Assembly: GCA_016934715.1 (NCBI GenBank)
Contig: JAFGSI010000011.1
Coordinates: forward strand, 2,227 to 66,226
From: Anaerolineales bacterium
Lineage (GTDB): Bacteria > Chloroflexota > Anaerolineae > Anaerolineales > Villigracilaceae
Length of the DNA: 64,000 bases
Direction: 5' to 3'
Below, in pieces: positions 56,765-64,000 of this stretch. The position numbers and the translations under genes are program-made. How positions within the stretch are numbered: position 1 is the first letter of the stretch; every line of letters starts with the position of its first letter. The notes under the pieces are model-generated. The model was not told the origin of the DNA. It saw only the letters and a list, made by a program, of their open reading frames with translations, and made no database searches.

Positions 56765-57199
56765 TCATTCGCCTCCGCCATCGCCCCCCTCGTCGGCCGC
56801 CGCCGGCTGGTCGAGGCGCACGACCTGGCCGTGGATGTCGACCACGACCTTGAAGCCGGCCATGCCCAGATAGGCTCGCGCGTCCTCGGGAATGCCGACC
56901 GCGAACAGGTTCTCGAACTGCTGCTCGATGTTCTTGAACTGCTGCTGGAGCATGGCCACCGAGAAGATGTCGTCGGTGCCGAGCATCTTGGCCGCCTGTT
57001 CGGAAAGCAGGTCCTCGTTGCCTCTGATCTGCTCGCGCATCTTTTCGAGCACCTGGCGGTCGACCTGTTCAGAGGGGATGTGACGGCGGAATCCGGCATC
57101 ATCGACCACGTAGCAGGGCTCGTCGCCCACATAGGCAGTGTCCACGGGGCGATCGAATTCGTCGATCACCAGGCCGGCGAAGAGGGGGTAGCGGGGCAT
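56765..57199 (-). CDS. Hypothetical acidic cytoplasmic protein
   Basis: 144 aa: MPRYPLFAGLVIDEFDRPVDTAYVGDEPCYVVDDAGFRRHIP... I recognise no domain. It begins 2 nt downstream of the stop of the preceding gene (57202..57783). Confidence 0.55.
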   Translation of the reverse strand: MPRYPLFAGLVIDEFDRPVDTAYVGDEPCYVVDDAGFRRHIPSEQVDRQVLEKMREQIRGNEDLLSEQAAKMLGTDDIFSVAMLQQQFKNIEQQFENLFAVGIPEDARAYLGMAGFKVVVDIHGQVVRLDQPAAADEGGDGGGE

Positions 57200-57201
57200 G
57201 A

Positions 57202-57783
57202 TCAGCTCTGCTGCTTTCCCTCGATGACCGCCAGCAGGACGGCCGCGGCGATCCCCAGGCGGTGGTCGAGCCGGTTGGCTGTGTCCATGCTGAAATCGAC
57301 CAGCATCTGGTAGCCGAAGAGAGTAAATTTCTGGCGCAGGTCAGCAACCCGCATTTCGCCGACCGTCAGGTCATAGTCCTGGGGCAGGAACGACCCCAGC
57401 AGCAGGCGGCGCAGGAGCGCCCGGGCGACGCTGTCCTCGAAGAGCATGCCGATCGGCTGGTCGCTGGCGTCCAGCACCTCCCACTCATCGCGCATCATCG
57501 ACCGCCAACCCTTGCGGCGCAGCACGCCGACCTTCTGGTTGTAGACCGGGTCGACCACGTCGTAGGCCGCCGCCCAGTCAATGATGTTGCGGGCCTTGAT
57601 CAGCAGCAGTTCCTGGCCCTTGGCCTCGTCGCCGTAGATGCGGATATCCTCGCGCAGGCGGAACATCTTCTGCTGGGCGAACAGGACCAGGTTGCCGTCC
57701 GGGTTGTAGAAGCGCAGCTTGCCGGTCAGGGCCAGCACCTGGCGCTTGAGCAGGTAACTCGAATACTGGAAAGCAGGGTTCAT
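57202..57783 (-). CDS. LURP-one-related / scramblase-fold (tubby C-terminal-like) family protein
   Basis: 193 aa. The periodic beta pattern YLLKRQVLALTGKLRFYNPDGNLVLFAQQKMFRLREDIRIY..ELLLIKARNI resembles bacterial LOR/DUF567 proteins. An ATGA overlap links it to the upstream L,D-transpeptidase gene. Confidence 0.4.
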   Translation of the reverse strand: MNPAFQYSSYLLKRQVLALTGKLRFYNPDGNLVLFAQQKMFRLREDIRIYGDEAKGQELLLIKARNIIDWAAAYDVVDPVYNQKVGVLRRKGWRSMMRDEWEVLDASDQPIGMLFEDSVARALLRRLLLGSFLPQDYDLTVGEMRVADLRQKFTLFGYQMLVDFSMDTANRLDHRLGIAAAVLLAVIEGKQQS

Positions 57784-58820
57784 CGCATTCTCCTTCGGGG
57801 AACAGGCTGGGTGGTTTCGAGGACACGCACGAACGTGCCCTGTGACTCTTCAAGGATGTAGTGCTGACCGGGCGGGACCTGGGGCATGGTCCAGCGGTAG
57901 ATCCACAGGGCATCCTGCGGGCGCAGGTTGATGCAGCCGTGGCTGCGCGGAGCACCGTAATCATTATGCCAGAAAGTGCCGTGGAAGGAAATCCCGTTGT
58001 CGGTGATGTAGGTGTTCCAGGGAACCCCGGCCAGGTCGTAGAAGGTGGTCGAACCATCGCCGCCGACCATGTGGGCGGTCGGGCGCTTATGGAAGGTCCG
58101 GAACCAGCCGGAGGGGGTGAAGAACTCATTCTTGCCGGTGGCAGTACGGGCCGAGAAGACCAGCTCGTCGCCTTCGAAGGCCAGCACCAACTGCGAGTCC
58201 AGGCGGACTTCGATGTACTTGTCCTCCGGCGGGACGTGCGCCGATAGGGGGAACAGTTCCTCGGACGCCAGGATGCGCACGTGCTCCGGCCGGACGTAGT
58301 AATAGGCCGGATAGAGGTGGTCGTAGGCCTTGTACCACAGGCTGCCGTCGCGTTCGTCGATAACGGTCTCTTCGATGTAATGGCTGGTGGCATAGTACAA
58401 CTTCGGGCCGGCGAACGGACGTCGGTTGATCGCCCACCACGACTCGGTCCACGGGACGGTCACCTCGCCGATCAGGCCCCCCGCGGGGATCTCGGCCAGG
58501 GCGCGGTTAAGGACGTTGTCAACCGGCTGGACGCCGCCCGAGTGGACGTAGCCCTGTTCCCCGATCCGGTACCAGGTCCGGTTGGTATCATCCCATTCCC
58601 CGCCGGGGAGCTGTTCGCTGACCTCGAGCAGGGTGTCAAAGCGAAAGGTTCCCAGGCGGCCGGCGTCCCGGTGTGGGGCGCTGTACAAGCGGATGCTGCT
58701 GTAGGCCACCCGGCCCAGCATGGCGGTCCCTTCGGCGTGCGCCGGGAAGGCATGTTCGGCAAGCAGGGCTGCCAGCATCCCGGCCCCGCTGAGTTTGAGG
58801 AAATCACGTCGTGTCAGCAT
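57780..58820 (-). CDS. L,D-transpeptidase (YkuD domain) with Tat signal and SH3-like N-terminal domain
   Basis: MLTRRDFLKLSGAGMLAAL is a Tat-type signal. The catalytic region is ISFHGTFWHNDYGAPRSHGCINL. Confidence 0.85.
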   Translation of the reverse strand: MLTRRDFLKLSGAGMLAALLAEHAFPAHAEGTAMLGRVAYSSIRLYSAPHRDAGRLGTFRFDTLLEVSEQLPGGEWDDTNRTWYRIGEQGYVHSGGVQPVDNVLNRALAEIPAGGLIGEVTVPWTESWWAINRRPFAGPKLYYATSHYIEETVIDERDGSLWYKAYDHLYPAYYYVRPEHVRILASEELFPLSAHVPPEDKYIEVRLDSQLVLAFEGDELVFSARTATGKNEFFTPSGWFRTFHKRPTAHMVGGDGSTTFYDLAGVPWNTYITDNGISFHGTFWHNDYGAPRSHGCINLRPQDALWIYRWTMPQVPPGQHYILEESQGTFVRVLETTQPVPRRRMR

Positions 58821-58832
58821 ATCCCTACTCTC

Positions 58833-59849
58833 TCATACATGGATGTCGACCGCTGTCCCGGTGCCGGGCCGGTAGACCGACTGGGTCTGCGGGGTGAGCA
58901 CCGGCTCGGTCCACAGGTAGAGCCACTTGGCCGCCTGGGGGGTCAGGTTGATGCAGCCGTGGCTGCGCGGCCGGCCGTAGTCGTTGTGCCAGTAGGTGCC
59001 ATGGAACGAGACCCCATTGTCATTGATATAGCTCACCCACGGGACCCCCGGCAGGTCATAGCCAGTACCGGCCATGTGCCGGGATGGTCGCTTGCGAAAG
59101 GTCGTGAAGCGTCCGGCCGGGGTGGCGTAGACTCCTTCACGAACGCGAAAGCCGGACGAAGCCCGGGCGAAGAAGACCATCCGCTCGCCCTCGTAGGCGT
59201 AGACGATCTGTTCGCCCAGAGAGACTTCGATGCGCTTCTGGGCGTTGGGGACCTCCGGGGCGAGCGGGGCCAGCTCCTCGGGCGGGATCAGGCGCAGGTG
59301 TTCGGCCGGCAGGTAGGAATAAGTGCTCCACTTGTCGTCATAGATCTTGTAGTAAACCTGACCTTCCCGGTCTTCGACCGCCTCCATGACCCAGTGGGTG
59401 GTGGCGTAGTACATCCGGTAGGTCACCGCCGAGCCCGGGGAGGGCCCCCGGCGGGCGTCGCTGAAGGGCACGGTCATCTCGGCCAGCTGGCCGCCGCGCG
59501 GCAGGTCGCTGACCGGCGTGTTGAGGTGGGTCGCCACCGGCTGGACGCCGCCGGAAAAGACGTAGCCCTCCGCTCCCAGGCGGTACCAGACCCGGTTGTA
59601 GGCCTGCAGGTCAGCGCTGATGACGATCTCGCTGACCGCCAGCAGGCTGTCCCGGCTGCAGGTATGGAGCACAGGCGCCTGGCTGGAAGGTTCGCTGCGG
59701 ACCTCGACCTGGCTCTCTGCGACGCGGCCCAGCAGGAGATCCTCGGCCCGGGCCGGGGCGGCCAGCGCGGCGGGCAGGCACAAGCCGAGCAGCCCCGCGC
59801 CGCTCACTTTCAGGAAATCGCGCCGGGAGAAGGGGGATGCGGGAACCAT
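58833..59849 (-). CDS. L,D-transpeptidase (YkuD domain) with Tat signal, paralogue of 57780..58820
   Basis: ATG at 59849. The N-terminus is SRRDFLKVSGAGLLGL and the catalytic region is VSFHGTYWHNDYGRPRSHGCINL. The architecture is collinear with the neighbouring paralogue. Confidence 0.85.
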   Translation of the reverse strand: MVPASPFSRRDFLKVSGAGLLGLCLPAALAAPARAEDLLLGRVAESQVEVRSEPSSQAPVLHTCSRDSLLAVSEIVISADLQAYNRVWYRLGAEGYVFSGGVQPVATHLNTPVSDLPRGGQLAEMTVPFSDARRGPSPGSAVTYRMYYATTHWVMEAVEDREGQVYYKIYDDKWSTYSYLPAEHLRLIPPEELAPLAPEVPNAQKRIEVSLGEQIVYAYEGERMVFFARASSGFRVREGVYATPAGRFTTFRKRPSRHMAGTGYDLPGVPWVSYINDNGVSFHGTYWHNDYGRPRSHGCINLTPQAAKWLYLWTEPVLTPQTQSVYRPGTGTAVDIHV

Positions 59850-59851
59850 GG

Positions 59852-61039
59852 TCAGTAATGAACCGTCACCCGGGTACCGACCGAGGCAAAATCGAACAGC
59901 CAGGCCGCATCGGGTGTGCGCATGTTGACACAGCCGTGGCTCATCGGCGTCCCGAAGTTGTTGTGCCAGTAGGTGCCATGGATGCCGTACCCTTCGTAGA
60001 AATACATGGTATAGGGCACATTGGGCAGGTAATAGCCCGGTCCCCACATGTTGGCGGAGACATACTTGACATAAATATAGAATGTCCCGGTGACGGTCGG
60101 GGTCTGGTAGGTTCCGGTCGAGACGACGAAACTGGCGATCAAGGTGTTCCCCTCCCAGGCGTACAGGCGCTGATCGGAGAGGTCGATCTCGATCCAGCGC
60201 TCGCCGCCGGAGGAGACCGGGGGGGCCTCGGTCGGAGGGACATAGGGCAGCCCGGTGGAGGTTGGCCAGGGAGTAAGAGTCTCGGTCGGGGTATCGGTGA
60301 TCGTCGGCGTGAGAGTGGCCGTGGGCGTCTCGGTCGGGGTGAAAGTCGCCGTGGCCGTGGCGGTCGCCGTGGGCGTGGCGGTCGGGGTGGCGGTGGGGGT
60401 TTCCGTGAGGGTCGGGGTATAGGTTGGTTTGGCCACCTCGGCGTAACCCCCGGGCAGGGTCGCCGTGGCCTCGACCGGGACGCCGCTGCCCAGCAGGACG
60501 GCCAGGGCCGTGGAGGCATTGCCCGGCCAGAAGGCCCAGACGGCCGCCAGGCAGGCGATGGTCAACAGCAGGATCGGCCACCAGGTGAGCTTGCGCCCTG
60601 TCACGCTGCGGGCCGGGGCCTGCCGGGGAACCGCCACCCCCTGGAGGTCACGGCCCCGGGATGGTGGCTGCCCGGAGGGAGGGGCGACGGGTCGCGCCGG
60701 CGGTTGGGTCCGAACCGGCTGGGTGGAGGCCGGCACAACCTTGCGCGGCTGGGTATCCTGCTCCTGGCGAGATTCCTCTGCACGCAGGCGTTCGAGGGCC
60801 CAGGCCATCCCCTGGTGCGCGCGGGCACTGTTTGGGTCGATGCGCAACGCCCGCTCGATGCAGGCCACGCTGACGCGCGGGTTGGAGACCACCGCCATGA
60901 TCAGCCAGGGGTCTACCAGATCAGGGGCCAGGGAGGCCGCCTGCTCGGCCCAGCGCCGGGCAGCCTGAGAATCGCCGCGCTGCAAGGCCTGACGGGCGTT
61001 GTGGAGGGCCTGCTGGGCGGTAGACACTTCGGGGATCAT
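59852..61039 (-). CDS. Membrane-anchored L,D-transpeptidase with cytoplasmic TPR-like N-terminus and PT-repeat linker
   Basis: TM segment LTWWPILLLTIACLAAVWAF, linker TPTATPTATPTATATATATFTPTETPTA, and catalytic region GIHGTYWHNNFGTPMSHGCVNM. Confidence 0.85.
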   Translation of the reverse strand: MIPEVSTAQQALHNARQALQRGDSQAARRWAEQAASLAPDLVDPWLIMAVVSNPRVSVACIERALRIDPNSARAHQGMAWALERLRAEESRQEQDTQPRKVVPASTQPVRTQPPARPVAPPSGQPPSRGRDLQGVAVPRQAPARSVTGRKLTWWPILLLTIACLAAVWAFWPGNASTALAVLLGSGVPVEATATLPGGYAEVAKPTYTPTLTETPTATPTATPTATATATATFTPTETPTATLTPTITDTPTETLTPWPTSTGLPYVPPTEAPPVSSGGERWIEIDLSDQRLYAWEGNTLIASFVVSTGTYQTPTVTGTFYIYVKYVSANMWGPGYYLPNVPYTMYFYEGYGIHGTYWHNNFGTPMSHGCVNMRTPDAAWLFDFASVGTRVTVHY

Positions 61040-61818
61040 GGATTAAGAGGCGGGGTTGCTTCGACGCTCTCGACGTTGACGTAGCACAGGATCCCGGCCA
61101 CGATGCCGTCGGCAATCAGGTCGGGACGCTGCGTGAGGATTTCGAAGTCCATATTCAAGAAGCCGGTCTCGATGATCGCGGCGCTGGTGTTCGGGCCGAT
61201 CTCGTCGAAAGCATGGTATTCGGTCATATCGAGGGTGATGCTGCCGGTGTGGAACGGCAGGCCGGTAACACGCTGGTAACGATCGTACAGGCAGGCGACC
61301 AGGCGGGCGGTCAGGTTCTGGTCACGGCTGCCGACCGCTGCCGCCACCTTGAAACCGGTGGCCTCCGTCCCGTAATCGGCGCACGAGTCATTGTGGATCG
61401 AGAGCAGGACCGCGGCCTGGTATCCATCCAGACGAGGGTCGAACTCCTGCAGCAGGTCGACCTGGAATCCCTGGGCAGTCAATTTCTGCTGGACCAGGCT
61501 GGCGATCGACAGGTTGACCTCGACCTCGGTCGTGCCGTTGTCGCAGACCGAGCCGGAATCGTTGCCCCAGTGACCCGCGACGATCCCGATCCGCACCATG
61601 CGCTGCGAGGTCGGCACGGCCTGGCTGTCGACGACCACCTCCGAATTCTGGATGCGCGCGAGCAACTGGCGCAGGTCGAACAGGGAGAAGAAACTCGGTG
61701 TGATGCAGGTGAACAGGGTCGCCAGGACGATGGCCACACTGAAGGTGGTCTGCAGGATCCGTCCAGTACCGAGCCCATTTCGGCGACGTGGGGACGAAAA
61801 AGGAGGTGGCGATTCCAT
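61036..61818 (-). CDS. N-acetylmuramoyl-L-alanine amidase (Amidase_3 family)
   Basis: VRIGIVAGHWGNDSGSV..TEVEVNLSIA..LLSIHNDS..AAIIETGFL is the zinc amidase_3 pattern. The start is uncertain (61818 or 61854). Confidence 0.8.
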   Translation of the reverse strand: MESPPPFSSPRRRNGLGTGRILQTTFSVAIVLATLFTCITPSFFSLFDLRQLLARIQNSEVVVDSQAVPTSQRMVRIGIVAGHWGNDSGSVCDNGTTEVEVNLSIASLVQQKLTAQGFQVDLLQEFDPRLDGYQAAVLLSIHNDSCADYGTEATGFKVAAAVGSRDQNLTARLVACLYDRYQRVTGLPFHTGSITLDMTEYHAFDEIGPNTSAAIIETGFLNMDFEILTQRPDLIADGIVAGILCYVNVESVEATPPLNP

Positions 61819-61983
61819 ATTGTAATGGTACCCTATTTCGGGAGCAAATAGCAAGGTTTTTTTGGAGTGATTTGGGGGGATTAAAGAGGGGCCGGCAGGT
61901 GGTCAAAAAACAGCGACCGGGATCAGCCCTCCACCTGCCAGTTAGGCTATAATAGCGGGGAACCATGTCTGCGGGAGATTGAT

Positions 61984-63348
61984 ATGTTGATCATCATGAG
62001 TGACCTCCACCTGGCTGACGGGAGTTGCGCCCAACCGGTCTCGACCTCTGCCTTCCGCCTCTTTGCCGATCGGGTCGAGGAGATGGCCTTCAACGCTTCC
62101 TGGCGCAGCAACGGCCGCTACCGCCCCGTGGAGAGCATCGAGATCATCATGCTCGGCGACGTGCTCGAGACTCTTCACTCGACCCTGTGGCTGGACAAAG
62201 AAGAAGGCGAACCCGGCTACGTGCGCCCCTGGACAAAATCCAAGGCCCCGGAATTCGCTGCCAAGGTGCAGGAGATCACGCGCGCCATCCTGCGCAACAA
62301 CGCCCCCGGCATCCGGATCATGAAGGAGTTGACCCAGACCGGCCTGCGCATGCGCCCGGCCAACCGCAGGGACGAACCGGCCGCCTACGCCCTCAAACAG
62401 GTCCCGGTGCCAGTGCGGTTGTATTACATGGTCGGCAACCATGATTGGTATTACCATCTCCCGGGTCCGGCCTTCGACGCCATCCGCCAGGAGATCATCA
62501 CCGCCTTCGGCCTGGCCAACGATCCCGGACCGTTCCCGCACGAAGCACGCGAGTCCGACCGGCTGCTGGCCCTGCTCGACCAATACGAGATCTACGCCCA
62601 GCACGGCGACCTGTACGATACGTTCAACTATTGCAAGGCCAAGGGCCGCAATGCGGCCAGCCTGGCCGACGCCCTGGGGGTGGAGGTCTTCAACAAATAC
62701 CCGGTCGAGGTCGAACGGCGCATGGACGGCGAGATCCCGGCGGCGATCATCGACTCCTTGCGCGAACTGGTCAACGTCCGCCCGATACTGGCCGTCCCGT
62801 TGTGGATCAGCGGCCATCTGCGCCAGAACAACGTCGGCAAGGTGCAGCAGAAGAAACTCAAGGCCATCTGGGACGAACTGTGCGACAACTTCCTGAAGCT
62901 GCCCCTGGTGCGGGAAGCCGACAGGCGCTTCAAGTTCGACATCGTTGACGCCATGGAGGTGGCCATCAAACTGACCGACGCCTTCTCCTTCAAGACCCTC
63001 GACGACATCGTCGTCTGGGCCCGCAAGAAAATCGGCGACGACATCTCTTTCAGCCATTTCGCCCTGCAGGAAGAAGCCTTCCTAAAACGCAAGGCCCGCT
63101 TCATCGTCTACGGACACACCCATCACCACGAGATCGTCTCGCTGGATACCCTGCCCGCCGTTTCGCCCCTCACCAGCCAGCTGTACCTGAATTCGGGCAC
63201 CTGGCACACCTACTACGACCTGGCGGTCTACAAGCCCAAGGAACAGAAGTTCATCCCCTACCAGGTGCTGACCTACCTGTGCTTCTACAAGGACGACGAG
63301 CGCGGCGGCCGGCACTTCGAGACCTGGTCGGGAGCCTACTCCGATTAA
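61984..63348 (+). CDS. Metallophosphoesterase (calcineurin-like) with a long internal insertion
   Basis: Motifs IIMSDLHLADG, IMLGDVLE, MVGNHDWY, QHGDLYD and VYGHTHHHE. At 454 aa it is much larger than the minimal fold. Confidence 0.75.
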   Translation: MLIIMSDLHLADGSCAQPVSTSAFRLFADRVEEMAFNASWRSNGRYRPVESIEIIMLGDVLETLHSTLWLDKEEGEPGYVRPWTKSKAPEFAAKVQEITRAILRNNAPGIRIMKELTQTGLRMRPANRRDEPAAYALKQVPVPVRLYYMVGNHDWYYHLPGPAFDAIRQEIITAFGLANDPGPFPHEARESDRLLALLDQYEIYAQHGDLYDTFNYCKAKGRNAASLADALGVEVFNKYPVEVERRMDGEIPAAIIDSLRELVNVRPILAVPLWISGHLRQNNVGKVQQKKLKAIWDELCDNFLKLPLVREADRRFKFDIVDAMEVAIKLTDAFSFKTLDDIVVWARKKIGDDISFSHFALQEEAFLKRKARFIVYGHTHHHEIVSLDTLPAVSPLTSQLYLNSGTWHTYYDLAVYKPKEQKFIPYQVLTYLCFYKDDERGGRHFETWSGAYSD

Positions 63349-63351
63349 CCC

Positions 63352-63660
63352 ATGCCTGATTACCTTTACCTCATTCACCCCTTGCGGGATGGATTCTTCG
63401 AGCAGCCCACGCCCGCAGAATCCATCATGATGGAGCAGCATTTCGCCTATCTGAAACAGGCGGCCGAGGCCGGGCAGGTGCTGCTCGCCGGTCCCTGCCT
63501 CGACGACACCTTCGGCCTGGTGGTCTTCCGGGCCGAGAACGACGAGGCCGCCAACGCCTTCATGTTCGCCGATCCGTCGGTCAGGCAGAACGTGATGGTC
63601 GCCGAACTGCACCCGCTGCGCATCTCCCTGCTCGGCAAACCCCGGCCCACCGGTGACTAG
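63352..63660 (+). CDS. YciI family protein
   Basis: 102 aa. YLYLIHP...HFAYLKQAAEAGQVLLAGPC...FRAENDEAANAFMFADP is the typical YciI-like layout. Confidence 0.8.
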   Translation: MPDYLYLIHPLRDGFFEQPTPAESIMMEQHFAYLKQAAEAGQVLLAGPCLDDTFGLVVFRAENDEAANAFMFADPSVRQNVMVAELHPLRISLLGKPRPTGD

Positions 63661-63666
63661 CGAAGG

Positions 63667-64000
63667 ATGCCAACCTACCCGGCGCACGCCCTGCGCACCC
63701 TGGCCCTGGTCACCCAGGGGCTGCACACTCCCCATGGTTCCCAGACCGCCACGACCGCGGAACGCATCCTGGCCACCGTCAACCAGATCGGCTGCGTACA
63801 GATCGACACCCTGCAGATGGTCGCCCGCAGCCAGTACCTGGTCCTGTGGTCGCGCCTGGGCACCTACGACCCGCTCGCCTTCGACCGGCTGATCTACGGG
63901 CCCGACCGGCGCCTGTTCGAGGGCTGGCAGCACGCTGCCTGCATCATCCCCCTGGACGAGTACCGCTACCAGATGCCCCATCAGCGCAGCCTGCGTGAGG
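63667..64000 (+). CDS. YcaQ-like (DUF1006) winged-helix DNA glycosylase family protein, N-terminal part (continues beyond window)
   Basis: My own translation gives MPTYPAHALRTLALVTQGLHTP...ILATVNQIGCVQIDTLQMVARSQYLVLWSRLGTYDP..LFEGWQHAACIIP. The frame is open to base 64000, so it is absent from the ORF track. Confidence 0.65.
   Translation, partial: MPTYPAHALRTLALVTQGLHTPHGSQTATTAERILATVNQIGCVQIDTLQMVARSQYLVLWSRLGTYDPLAFDRLIYGPDRRLFEGWQHAACIIPLDEYRYQMPHQRSLRE

Noticed and set aside
60250-60420. Short tandem DNA repeats (ggcgg/gtcgg-type periodicity), and similar repeats at about 45040-45240
   Set aside because: They encode PT-repeat (Ldt linker) and PE/AE-repeat (NusA tail) low-complexity protein segments. 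They are not CRISPR, minisatellite or regulatory repeats.

Overview
GC-rich bacterial chromosomal segment. The gene style (zinc-ribbon membrane proteins, PSCyt1-type haem modules, apparently leaderless promoters, several L,D-transpeptidases) suggests a Chloroflexota-like organism; this is inference only. I saw no rRNA, tRNA, CRISPR array or intact transposase. Left to right the window holds: a zinc-ribbon/SH3b membrane protein, a GT4 glycosyltransferase and panB-panE. From 6.1 to 20.9 kb there is a multihaem-cytochrome respiratory island. It contains an octahaem + NrfC-like + NrfD-like operon, and on the opposite strand a decahaem lipoprotein, a nonahaem cytochrome, a cytochrome b and a NapC/NirT-like cytochrome. 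Two paralogous NarL-type two-component systems bracket it, and two small MESTL-peptide genes precede the plus-strand operon. A complete System I cytochrome c maturation locus (ccmEFHG...ABCD) follows directly, and its CcmE carries CxxxY in place of HxxxY. After that come an SLT-like protein, a chagasin-type inhibitor, a LarA-like protein and a B12/radical SAM enzyme. An orphan promoter followed by two terminators marks a candidate sRNA, then a fused-E1 2-oxoacid dehydrogenase operon. The nusA-ylxR-infB-rbfA-nrnA-truB-ribF block is bracketed by a perfect 66-bp inverted repeat. The right end holds a tandem-domain thyX, a decaying tandem array of small membrane proteins, AMMECR1/flavin reductase/ferritin, a cluster of three L,D-transpeptidases plus an amidase, a large metallophosphoesterase, YciI and a partial YcaQ. 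The leads I rate highest are the cytochrome island with its sensors and Cys-rich peptide, the 66-bp inverted repeats, the hybrid Ccm system and the orphan sRNA locus.
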